Positions 24,263 through 31,530 of a DNA stretch of 46,939 nucleotides are shown in pieces. Each line of letters opens with the position of its first letter. Position 1 is the first letter of the stretch. The notes below the pieces were generated by a model that was not told the origin of the DNA, made no database searches, and worked only from the letters and a program-made list of their open reading frames with translations. The translations under genes and the position numbers were made by a program. The stretch comes from Patescibacteria group bacterium (GTDB taxonomy: Bacteria > Patescibacteriota > Microgenomatia > Woykebacterales > JBBROZ01), in NCBI GenBank assembly GCA_038228785.1, contig JBBROZ010000002.1, positions 1 to 46,939 on the forward strand, read 5' to 3'.

Positions 24263-24795
24263 TCGATCCTCCCGGTCGCTTGGAAAATCTGGACATTTTG
24301 TGTTCCGGTCCCTGTGACATTGATCGCGACCGCCCCATCCCCTGCGGGAGCGACCTCGGCGGGGGGCGTGGTCCCAACGGCGGAGCTGTCAAAAAACTTG
24401 ACTAACGATTTGTTCTCAGTAAAGACGATGAATTTGACGCTTGGTGTAGTGGTGACGCTAACCCCAACTGGGTAGTTGTTGGTATTAAGAATAGTCGGAT
24501 TGGCGAAGGACCCCGGCTGTCCGTCAGCGACCTTCTCGATGCGAACGAACTGGTAAGAATTGGAGTTGATCACAACTCCGTAGTAAGCGGCCGGTAACCC
24601 AGCTGAATTTAGTTTACTAACCAAAGCCTGCTCCTGGGCATTACGAAGCGCTCCTTTAATCTCGAGTCCCACGTTCCTAGTGTTCTCACGGCCATTAACA
24701 CCGCGTAGTCCCAGGAAAGCAATTCCCGCCAAAATGCCGATGATCGATATCGCCACGATTAGTTCAATTAAGGTGTAGCCTTTTGACGAGCTCAT
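24259..24795 (-). CDS. Prepilin-type minor pilin (Tyr at +1)
   Basis: 178 aa. SKG/YTLIELIVAISIIGILAGIA with Glu+5. Confidence 0.8.
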   Translation of the reverse strand: MSSSKGYTLIELIVAISIIGILAGIAFLGLRGVNGRENTRNVGLEIKGALRNAQEQALVSKLNSAGLPAAYYGVVINSNSYQFVRIEKVADGQPGSFANPTILNTNNYPVGVSVTTTPSVKFIVFTENKSLVKFFDSSAVGTTPPAEVAPAGDGAVAINVTGTGTQNVQIFQATGRIE

Positions 24796-26711
24796 GGAAC
24801 GATTTCACTCCAGTTGTACAACGATTCACCGATGAGCGGGGCGAACTTGGTAATGTCGTTATTATATTGAAAAGCTTCTGAGGGCAGGGCTGTGTTGGAG
24901 TTGACCCGGCCCAGGTTGATCCCGCCGTACGCCGCCACTCCACCTGAATCAGTCAGTTGGGTACTGCCAGACCCGTCCGAATAGCTCCCAGTGGATATGT
25001 AGTAACCATCGGCCTGAGAAACAGAGGAGGCGACATTGACATTACCCGAGACGATCCAGATGATGAAACCTCCACCTCCGACAGCAACCTTATCGCCCAC
25101 GGTCAGATTGACCGGGGTTCCGTCTAGAGCGTTAATGAAAACGACCAGTAATTTGCCCCCATTTACATTGATCGGAGTATTGAAAGTCACCGTATTACCT
25201 GAGATCGGGCGGATCGCTAAGACGACCGGATCAGTCCCGCTCGCCTGTAGATCACCTGAGGTGATCGAGTTGGCGTTAAGGGTAGTGACGACCTTGTCTT
25301 TGAGCCGGCTCCAGAAGTAATCGTGATCATAGCGGGTGATTTTCGATACGTAATTGGTCACTTTCCAACTCCTAATATTGATCTTGCCCGCCGATAAGCT
25401 AATATCGCCAGCCGAGGAGACGACCCCGTATTGACTTGGGTTGAAGTAAGGATAAGCAGCCGGATAGTTAGCGTCGGCCAAACCGGTAATTGATCCGACT
25501 GAATAAACCGAGGCCCCACCAGCAGTAATGAAGCGGGGCGCACAGTTATTGGAAACGGCGGTACGGACAGTACCACAGTTACTGGTCTCGGTACCGTTGT
25601 ATGGATTAACACAATTCCAAGTTGTATCAGCACAGGGACAGGCTTGGCTATTACAAGCTTGAGTAGTGCCATCTGAGCAAGACTGGGTCCCTCCGCCACA
25701 ACCAACTGAGCAAGCGCCACAAGTGACGGAGCAGGCCTGGGTATTACAAGCTCGACTAGAGCCATCTGAACAAGACTTGATACCTCCGCCGCAACTAGCT
25801 GAGCACGCTCCACAAGTAGCAGGGGCGCAGGCCTGGCTATTACAAGCTTGAGTAGTGCCATCTGAACAAGACTTGATACCTCCGCCGCAACTAGCTGAGC
25901 ACGCTCCACAAGTGACGGAGGGGCAGGCTTGGGTATTGCACGCCGCCCCGCTAGAACTACATACCCCACTTCCACATGACTTGGAACAGGTGCCGCAAGT
26001 GACCACAGGAATAGGACAGGACGCTGTATCAGTAATACAGCCGTTATCTCCTCCACAATTATTACAAGACCCACAAGCGTCCTGTTTTCCAGACCAACAT
26101 TTCACACCGGTGTTTTGGCCACTAGCGTCAGTTTGACAAATAACTAGACAGCCAGCTCCCGTAGCAGCGCACCTAGTCCCAGCTACACAATCCCCGCCGC
26201 ACGACCCCGTGGATGCTACACATGAACCTCCAGAACAAGTAGTATTGGGACCGCAATTTTTTTCTGTGTGGGCCACTAAAACTGGAGCGTTACACGCCGT
26301 TCCCGCAGAATTACAAAACGGCTGATAGTTAGCTACCGTACATGCGCCAGAACAAAAGTCGGCTCCTCCAGGACAACCGACATCAGCATTAGGTGTGCAT
26401 ACTTGAGACGGAGCTCCACAGGATGTGGTCGCACAATTGGAGGTGTCATAACAGGTTCCATCGGAAAATAAAGTGCCGTCCGATTGACAAGCAAAAACCT
26501 CAGTCCCAGTACAGCACGAGCTGATAGTACAAGTGTGTTTCTCGGTCGTCCCAGGGGTACAAGCTACGGCGCTGCTAACCGGCAGGGAGGTACCGTTGAT
26601 GATGACCCGACCTGATAAAACTAAAACCAGCAAGATGAAAATTGGAAGAAAAACTGCTAAGAAGTACGTTCCAAAAGAAGGGAGAAAACGCGCAAGTTGC
26701 CGGGAGATCAT
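24792..26711 (-). CDS. Membrane-anchored cysteine-rich repeat protein (639 aa) with TSP1-like 6-Cys repeats and conserved C-terminal domain
   Basis: N-terminal TM helix. A ~340-aa ectodomain with roughly 55 Cys (hand count), including four tandem repeats TCGxCSxxCGxGxxSCSDGxxxACNxQAC. The C-terminal 247 aa are Cys-free and homologous to the C-terminus of the 616-aa protein. Confidence 0.85.
   Translation of the reverse strand: MISRQLARFLPSFGTYFLAVFLPIFILLVLVLSGRVIINGTSLPVSSAVACTPGTTEKHTCTISSCCTGTEVFACQSDGTLFSDGTCYDTSNCATTSCGAPSQVCTPNADVGCPGGADFCSGACTVANYQPFCNSAGTACNAPVLVAHTEKNCGPNTTCSGGSCVASTGSCGGDCVAGTRCAATGAGCLVICQTDASGQNTGVKCWSGKQDACGSCNNCGGDNGCITDTASCPIPVVTCGTCSKSCGSGVCSSSGAACNTQACPSVTCGACSASCGGGIKSCSDGTTQACNSQACAPATCGACSASCGGGIKSCSDGSSRACNTQACSVTCGACSVGCGGGTQSCSDGTTQACNSQACPCADTTWNCVNPYNGTETSNCGTVRTAVSNNCAPRFITAGGASVYSVGSITGLADANYPAAYPYFNPSQYGVVSSAGDISLSAGKINIRSWKVTNYVSKITRYDHDYFWSRLKDKVVTTLNANSITSGDLQASGTDPVVLAIRPISGNTVTFNTPINVNGGKLLVVFINALDGTPVNLTVGDKVAVGGGGFIIWIVSGNVNVASSVSQADGYYISTGSYSDGSGSTQLTDSGGVAAYGGINLGRVNSNTALPSEAFQYNNDITKFAPLIGESLYNWSEIVP
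25641..26010. repeat. Tandem 93-96 bp coding repeats (about 4 units)
   Basis: Units start at 25641, 25734, 25830 and 25926 (the last is degenerate). Units 2 and 3 share an identical run CATCTGAACAAGACTTGATACCTCCGCCGCAACTAGCTGAGCACGCTCCACAAGT. Units 1 and 3 share GGCTATTACAAGCTTGAGTAGTGCCATCTGA. Confidence 0.85.
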
Positions 26712-27223
26712 TTATTGAATATACCGATGTCCCTAACGACGTAATCCGAGAGACCGGTTCCCACTATCGGCGGCGAGACTTGAGCACGGATAAACGATCC
26801 TACTTTGAAATCCTTAAAGGTGATCGTTCTGGAATCAAGATGTGTCGCGTCATACATAATCGCGCCCTTTTTTAGCTTTACAACTAACAGATAGGTCCGG
26901 TCTTTGACCGTCAGCGTAGAGTCATTCGGATCAATCGCTATTATCGTACCCGCGAGAGTCCCACGCCAATCGTAGAAAATACGATTGGATAATGTTTCTA
27001 TAGATAACGGACTAATTTTTTGTAGCTCCGCTTTAGAGACATAACCTTGAGATGATTGATAAATGAGAGCTGAGGCAAAACCAACCGCCGTAAATACAAG
27101 TGCAGTTAGTACCATCAAAACGGGCTTGCTGGTTAAAGCTGAGAATCGACCGTAAGCGCTAGCGTAAACCTTAGTTGTAGTAGGCGAGGCCGGAAAGTTC
27201 GAAGTTTGAGCAGTCTCTGGCAC
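26708..27223 (-). CDS. Membrane-anchored hypothetical protein, first gene of the T4P minor-pilin operon
   Basis: 171 aa. GTG start with a GGAGGG SD. TM helix PVLMVLTALVFTAVGFASALIY and a beta-rich C-terminal domain. The stop overlaps the next gene. Confidence 0.7.
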   Translation of the reverse strand: MPETAQTSNFPASPTTTKVYASAYGRFSALTSKPVLMVLTALVFTAVGFASALIYQSSQGYVSKAELQKISPLSIETLSNRIFYDWRGTLAGTIIAIDPNDSTLTVKDRTYLLVVKLKKGAIMYDATHLDSRTITFKDFKVGSFIRAQVSPPIVGTGLSDYVVRDIGIFNK

Positions 27224-27252
27224 GTAACCCTCCAGATTTGTTTATCTATTAA

Positions 27253-27281
27253 AATTTAACATACTAGCAGCTTACGAGCAA
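27253..27281 (-). promoter_or_regulatory. Weak candidate promoter of the T4P minor-pilin operon
   Basis: Minus strand: TTGCTC (27281-27276), 17-nt spacer, TAAATT (27258-27253), upstream of the GGAGGG SD and GTG 27223. Confidence 0.3.
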
Positions 27282-27304
27282 GGAGTGATGGGTCCAAAAG
27301 ATAA

Positions 27305-27339
27305 GGGGTCGGGAGACAAAATTGTCATCTCCCGACCCC
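27305..27339 (-). terminator. Rho-independent terminator after gene 27345..27929
   Basis: Perfect 12-bp stem GGGGTCGGGAGA (27305-27316)/TCTCCCGACCCC (27328-27339). On the minus strand it is followed by CTTATCTTTTGG. Confidence 0.65.
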
Positions 27340-27344
27340 GAAGG

Positions 27345-27929
27345 TTAACGTGGCTGAACTGAGAATCTGATACTAAGGTTACGGTTTACGACTAGGGGGG
27401 TAGCAGAGGCACAGTTGGGAGTACCGTTGTACCACCAGTTACCAAACTTGGCCGTTTCGCTTCCCCGAGAGGCAATCCCCATCAGGTATGTTCCCGCTGG
27501 AACACCTTGGATGAGGTACGTTCCGTCGGTTGACTGCACCGTCGTTCCCGCTGTCGGGAAAGGCTGGCCAGTCTGCGCCAAGCTAGTGCAAAGATCCGGA
27601 GTCATCGCGTACAAATACACCGTGTATGACGTGACCGGCGCGCCCGTCGTGGCGTAAGTGGCATTACCGCTGACCGAGTACTTTGCCGCTACCGGCGGGA
27701 CCGTCGGTGCCGGGGTCGGAGCAACCGTTGGAACCGCTGTTGGAGTCTCCGTTGGCACGACTGTCGGAGCCACGGTAGGTGTGATAGTCGTCGTAGCTGA
27801 AGCGGTGTTGGTCGGAGGACTGGTGCGAGTTGCTGTTGCGACCGAAGTCGGAGAAGCCACGCTAGCTGGACTGCTGCAGGCCATACCTACAAGCAGAGAC
27901 AGGGATGCGGCGAACCAATGAGCGCGCAT
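27345..27929 (-). CDS. Secreted/lipoprotein-like protein with Thr/Pro/Ala-rich linker and beta-sandwich domain
   Basis: Start moved to ATG 27929 (MRAHWFAASLSLLVGMAC...), which has a GAGGAAAGG SD. Long TPTVAPT-type linker. The C-terminal segment TDGTYLIQGVPAGTYLM resembles carboxypeptidase-regulatory-like folds (unverified). Confidence 0.7.
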   Translation of the reverse strand: MRAHWFAASLSLLVGMACSSPASVASPTSVATATRTSPPTNTASATTTITPTVAPTVVPTETPTAVPTVAPTPAPTVPPVAAKYSVSGNATYATTGAPVTSYTVYLYAMTPDLCTSLAQTGQPFPTAGTTVQSTDGTYLIQGVPAGTYLMGIASRGSETAKFGNWWYNGTPNCASATPLVVNRNLSIRFSVQPR

Positions 27930-28079
27930 CTGATCTACCTTTCCTCGCCCGTAGGCGTTCTGGTACCCTAATTTTTGAGCACCAATTTTATCCCATAGTT
28001 TACAGTAGGCCTCTAAAATTGTCAAGATAAAGGGAAACGGAGTGCTCCAGTTTTGGAAACACTCCGTGCGAGATCGCGA

Positions 28080-29195
28080 TTACTTAGGCATCCACTTAGT
28101 AGCCCATGCGGCCAGCGGGGGATAAGCAGCGGTTTGTGCCGTTCCGATTGGGAAATACCAACTGGCACAGACCTCAGCGGCATTTTCGAGAGTCTGGCCA
28201 CGGTCTCCCCACTGGGAGTAACCCTGCGGATATTGCGCCTTAAAAGCATCCCAGGCGACTGTGAACTCAGCGGCTTCTTGGGATCTCTCCCAACCACTAA
28301 AGACACCTGTACTTCCCATATCCAGTGAGACCCGGTGCTGATGAGCGTGACAGGTTTCGTGAGCGGTGGCGTGCACTTGGCCTTCCAGAATGGGCGTGTT
28401 AAGGACCCAAACCGTGTTGCGAGGCCAGTAAACATTGGGCCAGTAGGTACCTTGTCCCAGGTAACAGCCCCCCAACGGAGGTGCGCACAGTTCTGGCCTA
28501 GGGTCGTACGGGAGCAAACACAGCTGAGCCGGGAGTGGGAGGGTGGACATCATCCAACCCATCGCCGCGGGCCAATTGCGACACCCGGCTTCAGCGACTG
28601 GTGTCGGCGGAGGTGGGTTGGTTCCGTCCGGATTCAAGACTGTCACCAACCAAAATACCCCGTAATCCTCCATCCAGGTCGAGCCTTCCACTAGGGGACG
28701 CAGGTACAGCTTGTAGTACCCAGGCGTTTGCGGCGCTTGGATGGTGAACTGGAACCAGGCCACCTGTCCCGGACCCACGTACGGGGCCGGCTGGACGGCG
28801 ATACGGTTGTAGCGCGGCCACCCGGTAGCGGGCGAACCGTTCGTTCCGTCTCCACCCAGTGGAGTCGGTTGATCTTGTCCCGGACTAGGGTTCCAAGTTC
28901 CGAGATACGCCACTTCGCCCATCCGACCCAGTACCCAACCCCGCGAGCCGGAGTTGTAGTAGGCCACGACCGATGTCGCCTTGTCCCCTGGACACAGTGT
29001 CGGATAACCCGACTGACCGTACCACGAGGCGTGGAAACCAGGAATTCCACCAGGGGGATTCGCCGGAGCGGGGATACCAGGACCGACTGAACTGACGCAG
29101 GCTGCAGCTGAAACCTTTTGGGCGGACGGGCCGACCAGAAGGCTTGTCCCGACGAGGATGGCTACGGCAATGAAGCGCAAAAATATTGCCAGCAC
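28080..29195 (-). CDS. Secreted protein with Ig-like (NBR1/CARDB-like) module and HExxH metallopeptidase-like motif
   Basis: Start set to GTG 29195 (VLAIFLRFIAVAILVG..., a signal peptide) behind the AGAGAGAGGTG SD. Module GQVAWFQFTIQAPQTPGYYKLYLRPLVEGSTWM. Motif HATAHETCHAHQH. GC-rich. Confidence 0.75.
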   Translation of the reverse strand: MLAIFLRFIAVAILVGTSLLVGPSAQKVSAAACVSSVGPGIPAPANPPGGIPGFHASWYGQSGYPTLCPGDKATSVVAYYNSGSRGWVLGRMGEVAYLGTWNPSPGQDQPTPLGGDGTNGSPATGWPRYNRIAVQPAPYVGPGQVAWFQFTIQAPQTPGYYKLYLRPLVEGSTWMEDYGVFWLVTVLNPDGTNPPPPTPVAEAGCRNWPAAMGWMMSTLPLPAQLCLLPYDPRPELCAPPLGGCYLGQGTYWPNVYWPRNTVWVLNTPILEGQVHATAHETCHAHQHRVSLDMGSTGVFSGWERSQEAAEFTVAWDAFKAQYPQGYSQWGDRGQTLENAAEVCASWYFPIGTAQTAAYPPLAAWATKWMPK

Positions 29196-29237
29196 GTCAC
29201 ACCTCTCTCTTTCTTTGTGCGATTTGGATTTGGTTGG

Positions 29238-29265
29238 ATTATAGCTCTCCAAGCCGGATTTGCAA
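29238..29265 (-). promoter_or_regulatory. Candidate promoter of gene 28080..29195
   Basis: Minus strand: TTGCAA (29265-29260), 16-nt spacer, perfect TATAAT (29243-29238), ~40 nt upstream of GTG 29195. Confidence 0.5.
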
Positions 29266-29304
29266 ATAAGCAACCGCCAGGCTCAGTACTGATAAAATAA
29301 AGTT

Positions 29305-30432
29305 GTGACCAAAACGATGAAAATATTACCGCTAGTTCTATTGGCACTGGGAGTTTCATTCTTCCTGGCTCACACTATTCAGATCCAAAAAGCGGCCACC
29401 GATCTGACAGGTTACCGCCTCTGCGCTGGACAAACAAATCAGTATGAGTGCTTAGAGTCTTATTTTCTAAAGCTCCTGCGCACTTCCGACCCCAAGACTA
29501 CTCTAGGCACACTCGCTAAAGCCGACGGCGAGGACTCCAATATCCTAAGGATCTGCCATCCGCTAGTGCACCGGATCGGGCGCGAATCCTATAACATCAT
29601 CGGAAATGCAGTGGCAGCCTTCGGGGTGGGCGACGAAACCTGCGCTAATGGCTACTATCACGGGGTACTAGAGGGCTATTTGTCCAAATCTCCCAAGCTG
29701 GAGGATGCGGTGGTAAATGTTTGTAAGAGTAACGAAGATGTCTCCGGGTACATTTACTTCCAGTGTATTCACGGGCTGGGACATGGGCTAATGTTTAAGA
29801 CCGGCGATGATATCACCCAATCACTCAAATACTGTGATCTCTTGAAATCAACTTACGACCAGCAGAGTTGTTACGGCGGGGTCTTTATGCAAAATATCGT
29901 TAACGACTTCCCGTATAGTACGGGACATGGTAAACCCGTGGTTAAAGCCAGTGACCCCCTATATCCCTGCGATGATGACGCCGTGGTGGGGGATAGATAT
30001 AAATCAGGCTGTTATTTCCTTGTGACTAGCCAAATCATCAAGTTGACCTATCCGGATTGGAGCAAGATGGCCGGGTGGTGCGACAAGGTTCCTACCACCT
30101 ACCGCTACCTGTGCTACCAGTCGATGGGACGAGATGTATCGGGAGCGACCCTACGTGACCCAGTTAAGGGCTACGCCGCCTGTCAGACCAGTGCCCCAGC
30201 GCACCTAGGGGACTGCGTCCAAGGCTTCGCTAAGGATTTACTGGAGTACGATTCCAAAAATCCCACCGCCAAAGTTTTCTGCGATCTGGTCGACAGTAAG
30301 TACAAACCGCAGTGTTTCGCCGCCTTGGGACAGATGATCGGCTCGATCTACACCAAGACGGAGGAGAGAAACAAAGCTTGCCAGGCGCTGACGAAAGATT
30401 ATTTAAATAATTGTTTGGGAATAATTAATTAA
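29305..30432 (+). CDS. Secreted Cys-pair repeat protein (375 aa)
   Basis: Signal peptide MKILPLVLLALGVSFFLAHT (alternative ATG start at 29317). About 8 helical repeats, each with two Cys (for example CIHGLGHGLMF...C, CYGGVFMQ...C and CFAALGQMIG...C). About 18 Cys in total. Confidence 0.75.
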   Translation: MTKTMKILPLVLLALGVSFFLAHTIQIQKAATDLTGYRLCAGQTNQYECLESYFLKLLRTSDPKTTLGTLAKADGEDSNILRICHPLVHRIGRESYNIIGNAVAAFGVGDETCANGYYHGVLEGYLSKSPKLEDAVVNVCKSNEDVSGYIYFQCIHGLGHGLMFKTGDDITQSLKYCDLLKSTYDQQSCYGGVFMQNIVNDFPYSTGHGKPVVKASDPLYPCDDDAVVGDRYKSGCYFLVTSQIIKLTYPDWSKMAGWCDKVPTTYRYLCYQSMGRDVSGATLRDPVKGYAACQTSAPAHLGDCVQGFAKDLLEYDSKNPTAKVFCDLVDSKYKPQCFAALGQMIGSIYTKTEERNKACQALTKDYLNNCLGIIN

Positions 30433-30655
30433 GACTAGCTCTAACTTCTTTTAACTCTGTAACCATATCCTGCTCTGATAAGTCTCCTGATTTCCAAGAC
30501 AAAATTATTGCTAGAGCTTCATTTGAGGAATCATCTATACCCTTAGCCATTAGCCCAAGTTCATATAGGTCATCAAAATCGGTAGCATCCCATCTACCTG
30601 CCTGGTAAACCTTAAAAAATTTATCCAAGTATTGTGCCAGTGGTGATTGTTCCAT
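30425..30655 (-). CDS. Small acidic cytoplasmic protein (76 aa), paralogue of 30659..30937
   Basis: Shares LxQxxDKFxxKVxxGxW near the N-terminus and WKxGxxxxxxxxxxxxxxR near the C-terminus with the adjacent gene. AT-rich. No signal peptide. Confidence 0.6.
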   Translation of the reverse strand: MEQSPLAQYLDKFFKVYQAGRWDATDFDDLYELGLMAKGIDDSSNEALAIILSWKSGDLSEQDMVTELKEVRASLN

Positions 30656-30658
30656 TAA

Positions 30659-30937
30659 TTAGTCTGATAACTCCGCGATCTGACTTCTGACCATTCGAAC
30701 TGTTTCCAAAAACTTTTCCTTAGTAATAACTCCTTCTTTCCAAGCTACGCGACTGTAATTAATCTGATTGAAGATCTCCTCAAGCGGATCGCCCAATATG
30801 CCAGAACTCAGAACCATATCGTTATCACCATAAAGGTGAGCAACTCTAAAAGCATCATCGTAACCCCAAATGCCAGATTCAACTTTGTTTATGAATTTAT
30901 CAATTTGACTAAGGAGACCTGATTTCGTTATCTTCAT
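30659..30937 (-). CDS. Small acidic cytoplasmic protein (92 aa), paralogue of 30425..30655
   Basis: See the paralogue entry. A minus-strand TAAGAT (30950-30945) lies 7 nt upstream of the ATG. Confidence 0.6.
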   Translation of the reverse strand: MKITKSGLLSQIDKFINKVESGIWGYDDAFRVAHLYGDNDMVLSSGILGDPLEEIFNQINYSRVAWKEGVITKEKFLETVRMVRSQIAELSD

Positions 30938-30988
30938 TGGGCGTATCTTACTACTATATATTTGAAAAGTAAAAATCAGGAAAAAGAA

Positions 30989-31018
30989 AAACGCCTCAAA
31001 TTTTCATTTAAGGCGTTT
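30989..31018 (-). terminator. Rho-independent terminator after gene 31017..31469
   Basis: Stem AAACGCCT (30989-30996)/AGGCGTTT (31011-31018) overlapping the stop codon. On the minus strand it is followed by TTTTTCTTTTTCC. Confidence 0.6.
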
Positions 31019-31469
31019 AGATGCGAATCGAAGCAAGGACCTGTTCGTATTCCGCAACTACATCGTGGGTCTGATTCGGAGCGTGCTTTTTGAGGGCCTC
31101 ACCAAAATCTTTAAGAGCTTTAATTGCCTGCTCCCTGAACTCACTATAGGAAACTACGGATACTGTTTTGTTCTCTTCCAAACCGTTGTAAACGAAGGTG
31201 GCTTTGAGCTGCTCTTCGTCACGATTTAAGTCGACACGCACATTCGCTTCCTCTCCGGGGAACCGAGTTGAGCCGACCTTGTCAAGTTCGCTCAGTCTCA
31301 TAGACAACCCTCTCATTTCGCTGAAAAGAAAGGGCCCACTCTTATAACTCTTGTCGTCGATGACGAATTCGAGATATCCCTGAATATTTTCGGGATACAG
31401 CTCTTTTTTGGTCCTAAGATCCTCTGGGTGGGTGTAGATACTGCTGAATGTAATTTCGACTTTAGACAC
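31017..31469 (-). CDS. Small acidic cytoplasmic protein (150 aa), candidate immunity protein
   Basis: Lies immediately downstream (61 nt) of the 724-aa secreted protein, in the same transcription unit. No signal peptide. AT-rich relative to its neighbour. Confidence 0.65.
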   Translation of the reverse strand: MSKVEITFSSIYTHPEDLRTKKELYPENIQGYLEFVIDDKSYKSGPFLFSEMRGLSMRLSELDKVGSTRFPGEEANVRVDLNRDEEQLKATFVYNGLEENKTVSVVSYSEFREQAIKALKDFGEALKKHAPNQTHDVVAEYEQVLASIRI

Positions 31470-31530
31470 TTTTCCTCCTAGGGCTGGATGGCAGTAATGA
31501 TACCACCAACCAGCCCCTTACTCAAATCAT

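Noticed and set aside
25358-26136. Track ORFs 25358..26074 (-), 25666..25851 (+) and 25855..26136 (+).
   Set aside because: These are alternative frames through the Cys-repeat array. They are repetitive, stop-poor artefacts with no start signals. The 639-aa frame is continuous and has clear domain logic.
28022-29359. Many overlapping ORFs in the 28.0-29.4 kb region (28022..28435, 28053..28328, 28335..28694, 28535..28747, 28591..28821, 28691..29050, 28728..29090, 29118..29300, 29162..29359).
   Set aside because: These are typical shadow ORFs of a GC-rich gene. Only the 28080..29195 frame has a signal peptide, an SD, a promoter and recognisable domains.
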